A stretch of DNA of 64,000 nucleotides from Acidobacteriota bacterium. Its GTDB lineage: Bacteria > Acidobacteriota > Terriglobia > Bryobacterales > Bryobacteraceae. The position numbers were made by a program, and so were the translations under genes. Within the stretch, counting starts at the first letter, position 1. Every line of letters begins with the position of its first letter. The stretch lies in the NCBI GenBank assembly GCA_016213725.1, contig JACQZS010000206.1, forward strand, positions 11,633-75,632. The letters are read 5' to 3'. The notes under the pieces were generated by a model that saw nothing but the letters and a program-made list of their open reading frames with translations, ran no database searches and was not told the DNA's origin. Positions 57,232 through 64,000 of this stretch are shown piece by piece.

Positions 57232-58524
57232 ATGCAACATCTCTCCTCTCCCCGCCGAGATTTCCTCAAGCTCGCCGCCGCATCCGCCGCCGTCTCCGCC
57301 CCCCTCCCCGGCTATGTCGCCGCCTCCTCCACCATCAAGGTGGGTGTCATCGGCTGCGGCGGCCGCGGTGAAGCCGCTGCCATGAACGCCATGAACGCCG
57401 GCAAGGACATCCAGATCGTCGCCATGGGCGACATCCGCATTGATCGTGTTCAGGAAAAGCGCGCCGCCCTCAAGCTCAAATACCCCGATCAGGTCGCCGT
57501 CGACGATAACCACTGCTTCAAGGGCTTCGATGCCTACAAGCACGTAATCGCCAGTTCCGACGTCGTCATCATCGCCAACGCCGCCAAGTTCCACCCCCTC
57601 CATCTCAAGGCCGCCATCGAAGCCGGCAAGCACGTCTTCCTCGAAAAGCCCCACGCCATCGACCCCTACGGCATCCAGATGCTCCGCGCCGCCCTCCAGC
57701 TCGCCGCCGACAAGCGCCTCTCCGTCGTCAGCGGACTCCAAAGCCGCTACCACCCCGGCTATCAGGAAACCATGAAGCGCGTCCACGACGGCGCCATCGG
57801 CGACATCGTCGCCATCCAGGAAACCTGGCTCCGCCCGCCCTATGTCATGTACCGCCGCGTGCCCGGCCTCACCGAAATCGAATACCAGGCCAGCAACCAG
57901 TACCACTTCCACTGGCTCTGCGGCGACGACGTCCCCCAAACCCTCATCCACAACCTCGACCGCTCCAGTTGGGCCGTGAAGAACACCGCCCCCGTCCGCG
58001 CCTACGGCATGGGCGGCCGCTCCACCCTCAAAGGCGAAATCTACGGCGACGTCTTCGATCACCACTCCGTCGTCTACGAGTTCGCAAACGGCGTCCGCAT
58101 CTACGCCTGCTGCCGCACCATCGACAACTGCTACAACGAAAACTCCTCCCTCATCCTCGGCACCAAGGGCCGCTGCGATCTCCTCAAGCTCACCATCACC
58201 GGCGAAACCAACTGGGTCCACCCCGGCCCCACCTCCAAGAACAACGCCTACGACCTCGAGCACGTCGCCCTCTTCAACTCCATCCGCAACGCCACCCCTC
58301 TCAGCAACGGCGACTATATGGCCCGCTCCACCCTCATCACCCTCATGGGCCAGTTCAGTTGCTACTCCGGCAAGGAGGTCACCTGGGACCAGATCTCCAA
58401 CTCCACCTACGCCCACCGGCCCCTCCCCGAAGACCTCCGTCCGGACACCGAACCCCCCACTCGTCCCGGCCCCGACGGCTCTTACCCCGTCTTCTTCACC
58501 CCCGGCATCTCCAAGCTCCTCTAA
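57232..58524 (+). CDS. Tat-exported Gfo/Idh/MocA oxidoreductase
   Basis: RRDFLK; IGCGGRG, GKHVFLEKP and IHNLD motifs. Confidence 0.9.
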   Translation: MQHLSSPRRDFLKLAAASAAVSAPLPGYVAASSTIKVGVIGCGGRGEAAAMNAMNAGKDIQIVAMGDIRIDRVQEKRAALKLKYPDQVAVDDNHCFKGFDAYKHVIASSDVVIIANAAKFHPLHLKAAIEAGKHVFLEKPHAIDPYGIQMLRAALQLAADKRLSVVSGLQSRYHPGYQETMKRVHDGAIGDIVAIQETWLRPPYVMYRRVPGLTEIEYQASNQYHFHWLCGDDVPQTLIHNLDRSSWAVKNTAPVRAYGMGGRSTLKGEIYGDVFDHHSVVYEFANGVRIYACCRTIDNCYNENSSLILGTKGRCDLLKLTITGETNWVHPGPTSKNNAYDLEHVALFNSIRNATPLSNGDYMARSTLITLMGQFSCYSGKEVTWDQISNSTYAHRPLPEDLRPDTEPPTRPGPDGSYPVFFTPGISKLL

Positions 58525-58531
58525 CTGCGGT

Positions 58532-61201
58532 ATGCGGCTCCTCGCTTTCCTCCTCGCGGCCCCGCTGGCTGCCCAGACCATCCCTCTCGAAGGCACCTGG
58601 CAATTCCGCCTCGACGCCGAAAAGTCCGGCCTCGAAATGAAGTGGTTCTCCCAGCGCTTCCAGGGCGACACCATCTTCCTCCCCGGCTCCACAGATCAGG
58701 CCGGCTACGGCCTCAAGCTCTCCGCCCCTTCCCGCGGCTGGCTCTCCCGTCCCTACACCTACGAAGGCCCCGCCTGGTACCAGCGCGAAATCAACATCCC
58801 CGCAGCCTGGCAGGGCAAACACGTCCGCCTCTTCCTCGAACGCCCCCACTGGGAAACCCGCGCCTGGCTCGACGGCCGCGAACTCGGCATCCAAAACAGC
58901 CTCTCCACGCCCCACCTCTACGACCTCGGCATCCAGCTCGCCCCCGGCCGCCACCTCGTCACTCTTCTCATCGACAACACCATCAAAATCGACGTCGGCC
59001 GCAACGCCCACTCCGTCACCGATCACACCCAGACCAACTGGAACGGCGTCGTCGGCCGCATCGAACTCCAAGCCACCCCGCCCGTTTGGATCGACCGCGT
59101 CCGCCTCACCTCCGCCGCCAATCTCCAATCCATCGAAGCCCAGGTCACCATCCGCAACGCAACCACTGAGTCCTTCACCGCCACCCTCGCCCCAGGCACC
59201 TCCACGCCAACCCTCAACCTGCCTCCAGGCGAAACCAAGGCCACCGTCTCCATCTCACTACCAAAAGCCAAGCCCTGGGACGAATACGAAGGTAATCTCT
59301 TCGACATCTCCATCGGCCTCACCGCCGGCCCCCACCGCCACCAGTGGTCCGGCCAGTTTGGCCACCGCACTATCGCCACCCGGGGCACCCAGTTCACCCT
59401 CAACGGCCGCCCCATCTTCCTCCGCGGCACCCTTGAGTGCAACATCTTCCCCCTCTCCGGCTATCCACCCACTGATGTCGAATCCTGGCGCCGCCTCTTC
59501 CGCATCGCCCGCTCCTACGGCCTCAACCACTTCCGCTTCCACTCCTGGTGCCCGCCCGAAGCCGCCTTCCAGGCCGCCGACGAAGCCGGCTTCCTCCTCC
59601 ACGTCGAACTCCCCGTCTGGACCACCTCCGTCGGCAAGGACAAAGCCCTCACTGAATTCATGGCCGCCGAAGCCCGCCGCATCCTCGACACCTACGGCAA
59701 CCACCCCTCCTTCACCATGCTCTGCCTCGGCAACGAACTCCGCGGCGACTTCGATGCCATGGACCGCCTCGTCGCCGATCTCAAAGCCAGCGACCCCCGC
59801 CGCCTCTACACCTTCTCCGCCGATCACGTCCGCCGCCGCCCCGGCCCCACCTCCGACTACTACGTCGCACACAACACTCAGGCCGGCCCCGTCCGCATTC
59901 ATGGCGCCCGCTTCTCAAAAGACAACGACGGCACCACGCGCGATCACTCCGCCCACGCAGCCCTCTTCCAGGTCCCCATGGTTGCCCACGAGCTCGGCCA
60001 ATGGGTCACCTTTCCCGATTACTCCGAAATCGGCCACTATACCGGCGTCCTCAAGCCCCGCAACCTCGAAGCCTTCCGCGCACAACTCGAAGACCGCGGC
60101 CTGCTCGACCTCAACCGCGACTTCCAGCTCGCCTCCGGCCGCTTCGCCTGGCGCCTCTACAAGGAGGACATCGAAACCGCCCTCCGCACGCCCAACTGGG
60201 GCGGCGTTCAACTCCTCCAACTCCAGGACTTCCCCGGCCAGGGCGAAGCCTTGATCGGCCTCCTCGACTCCTTCTGGGAATCCAAAGGCATCCTCCCCCC
60301 ACAAGAGATGCGCGGCTTCTTCGGTCCCACCACCGCCCTCGCCCGCTTCCCCAAGTTCGTCTATCTCAACAACGAAACCTTCACCGCCACGCTCCAGCTC
60401 GCCCACTACGGCAAATCCGCACTCACCGCCGCCACGGCCGAATGGTCCCTCACCGGCGGCGTCAGGCCCATTGCCGCTGGGTCTACAAAACCTGCCGCCA
60501 TCGCCCCGGGCCAAGTCGTCAACCTCGGACAGATCCAGGTGCCGCTTGCCCAGGTGCTTGAGCCGCAACTCCTCCGCCTCGTCGTGAAAGTCCCCGCCGC
60601 CGAAACCGCCAACTTCTGGGATATCTGGGTCTACCCCGCCGCGCAACCAGCAGATCCCGCCGGAGTCCTCATCACCACTACCTACGACGAAACCGCCAAA
60701 CAAACGCTCGCCCAGGGTGGCAAAGTCCTCCTCACCCTCCCTGCCGGCAAGCAGACGCAATCCACCATGCCCATGCAGTTCCTCCCCGTCTTCTGGTCCC
60801 TCACCTGGTTCCCCAAGCAACCCGGCCATCTCGGCATCTTCTGCGATCCATCCCACCCCGCCCTCGCGCAATTCCCCACAGCCCCCGGCAGCGACTTCCA
60901 GTGGTACGACGTCACCCAAAACTCCGCGGCGTTCATCCTCGACGACACCCCCGCCGCCTTCCGCCCCATCGTCCAGGTGATCGACGACTACCACCGCAAC
61001 CACAAACTGGGAGCGGTCCTCGAAACCAAAGTTGGCCCGGGCAAACTCCTGCTCACTTCCCTGGACCTCGCCACCAACCTCGAAACCCGCCCCGCCGCGA
61101 GCCAGCTCCGCCGCAGCCTGCTCCACTACATGTCCACACGAGCCTTCAACCCCAAGGACACCCTCCCCGAGCGCGATCTTCAAAAACTCCTCGCCCCATA
61201 G
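58532..61201 (+). CDS. Secreted GH2-family glycoside hydrolase
   Basis: L.G.W.F..D, GPAWYQR, LNGRPIFLRG, GLNHFRFHS, NHPS....GNE (acid/base) and HELG (nucleophile). Confidence 0.85.
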   Translation: MRLLAFLLAAPLAAQTIPLEGTWQFRLDAEKSGLEMKWFSQRFQGDTIFLPGSTDQAGYGLKLSAPSRGWLSRPYTYEGPAWYQREINIPAAWQGKHVRLFLERPHWETRAWLDGRELGIQNSLSTPHLYDLGIQLAPGRHLVTLLIDNTIKIDVGRNAHSVTDHTQTNWNGVVGRIELQATPPVWIDRVRLTSAANLQSIEAQVTIRNATTESFTATLAPGTSTPTLNLPPGETKATVSISLPKAKPWDEYEGNLFDISIGLTAGPHRHQWSGQFGHRTIATRGTQFTLNGRPIFLRGTLECNIFPLSGYPPTDVESWRRLFRIARSYGLNHFRFHSWCPPEAAFQAADEAGFLLHVELPVWTTSVGKDKALTEFMAAEARRILDTYGNHPSFTMLCLGNELRGDFDAMDRLVADLKASDPRRLYTFSADHVRRRPGPTSDYYVAHNTQAGPVRIHGARFSKDNDGTTRDHSAHAALFQVPMVAHELGQWVTFPDYSEIGHYTGVLKPRNLEAFRAQLEDRGLLDLNRDFQLASGRFAWRLYKEDIETALRTPNWGGVQLLQLQDFPGQGEALIGLLDSFWESKGILPPQEMRGFFGPTTALARFPKFVYLNNETFTATLQLAHYGKSALTAATAEWSLTGGVRPIAAGSTKPAAIAPGQVVNLGQIQVPLAQVLEPQLLRLVVKVPAAETANFWDIWVYPAAQPADPAGVLITTTYDETAKQTLAQGGKVLLTLPAGKQTQSTMPMQFLPVFWSLTWFPKQPGHLGIFCDPSHPALAQFPTAPGSDFQWYDVTQNSAAFILDDTPAAFRPIVQVIDDYHRNHKLGAVLETKVGPGKLLLTSLDLATNLETRPAASQLRRSLLHYMSTRAFNPKDTLPERDLQKLLAP

Positions 61202-61232
61202 AAAAACCCCGCCGCGCTCAACGCGGCGGGGT
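61202..61232 (-). terminator. Rho-independent terminator of the RND-TolC gene (possibly bidirectional)
   Basis: ACCCCGCCGCG-CTCAA-CGCGGCGGGGT with a T-tract on the minus strand. Confidence 0.8.
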
Positions 61233-61257
61233 CCCCGCTCTTACAATCTCGCACCGC

Positions 61258-64000
<2,743 letters not shown>

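Overview
A gene-dense, high-GC bacterial chromosome segment with about 52 CDS. Gene content and protein style (PEP-CTERM protein, many Tat-exported sugar oxidoreductases, HEAT-repeat anti-sigma) suggest Acidobacteriota (Bryobacteraceae-like); this is an inference. Core genes: ribA (interrupted by an in-frame TGA), greA, pgsA-like, acpS, purU, dtd, purM, purN, dxr, rseP, xerC, trmFO, an S1-domain protein and a cyclophilin. These are mixed with secreted peptidases (M14, S8, M61), three tandem amidohydrolases, a TonB-dependent receptor, two-component and ECF regulators, and a ~13 kb carbohydrate-catabolism cluster. I recognised no tRNA, rRNA, CRISPR array or mobile element. Most notable observations: (1) an RND (AcrB-type) pump fused in one reading frame to a TolC-type channel through an internal signal-peptide-like linker; (2) a promoter-driven, structured, repeat-containing candidate sRNA upstream of dxr; (3) an amidohydrolase trio in which only the middle member keeps its metal ligands; (4) an ECF sigma / zinc-finger HEAT anti-sigma / protease-less PDZ module with a shared promoter motif; (5) a split ribA; (6) frequent leaderless-type starts; (7) strong C-over-G strand skew that disappears in a ~14 kb block. 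All functional calls come from motif recognition by eye, not from database searches.
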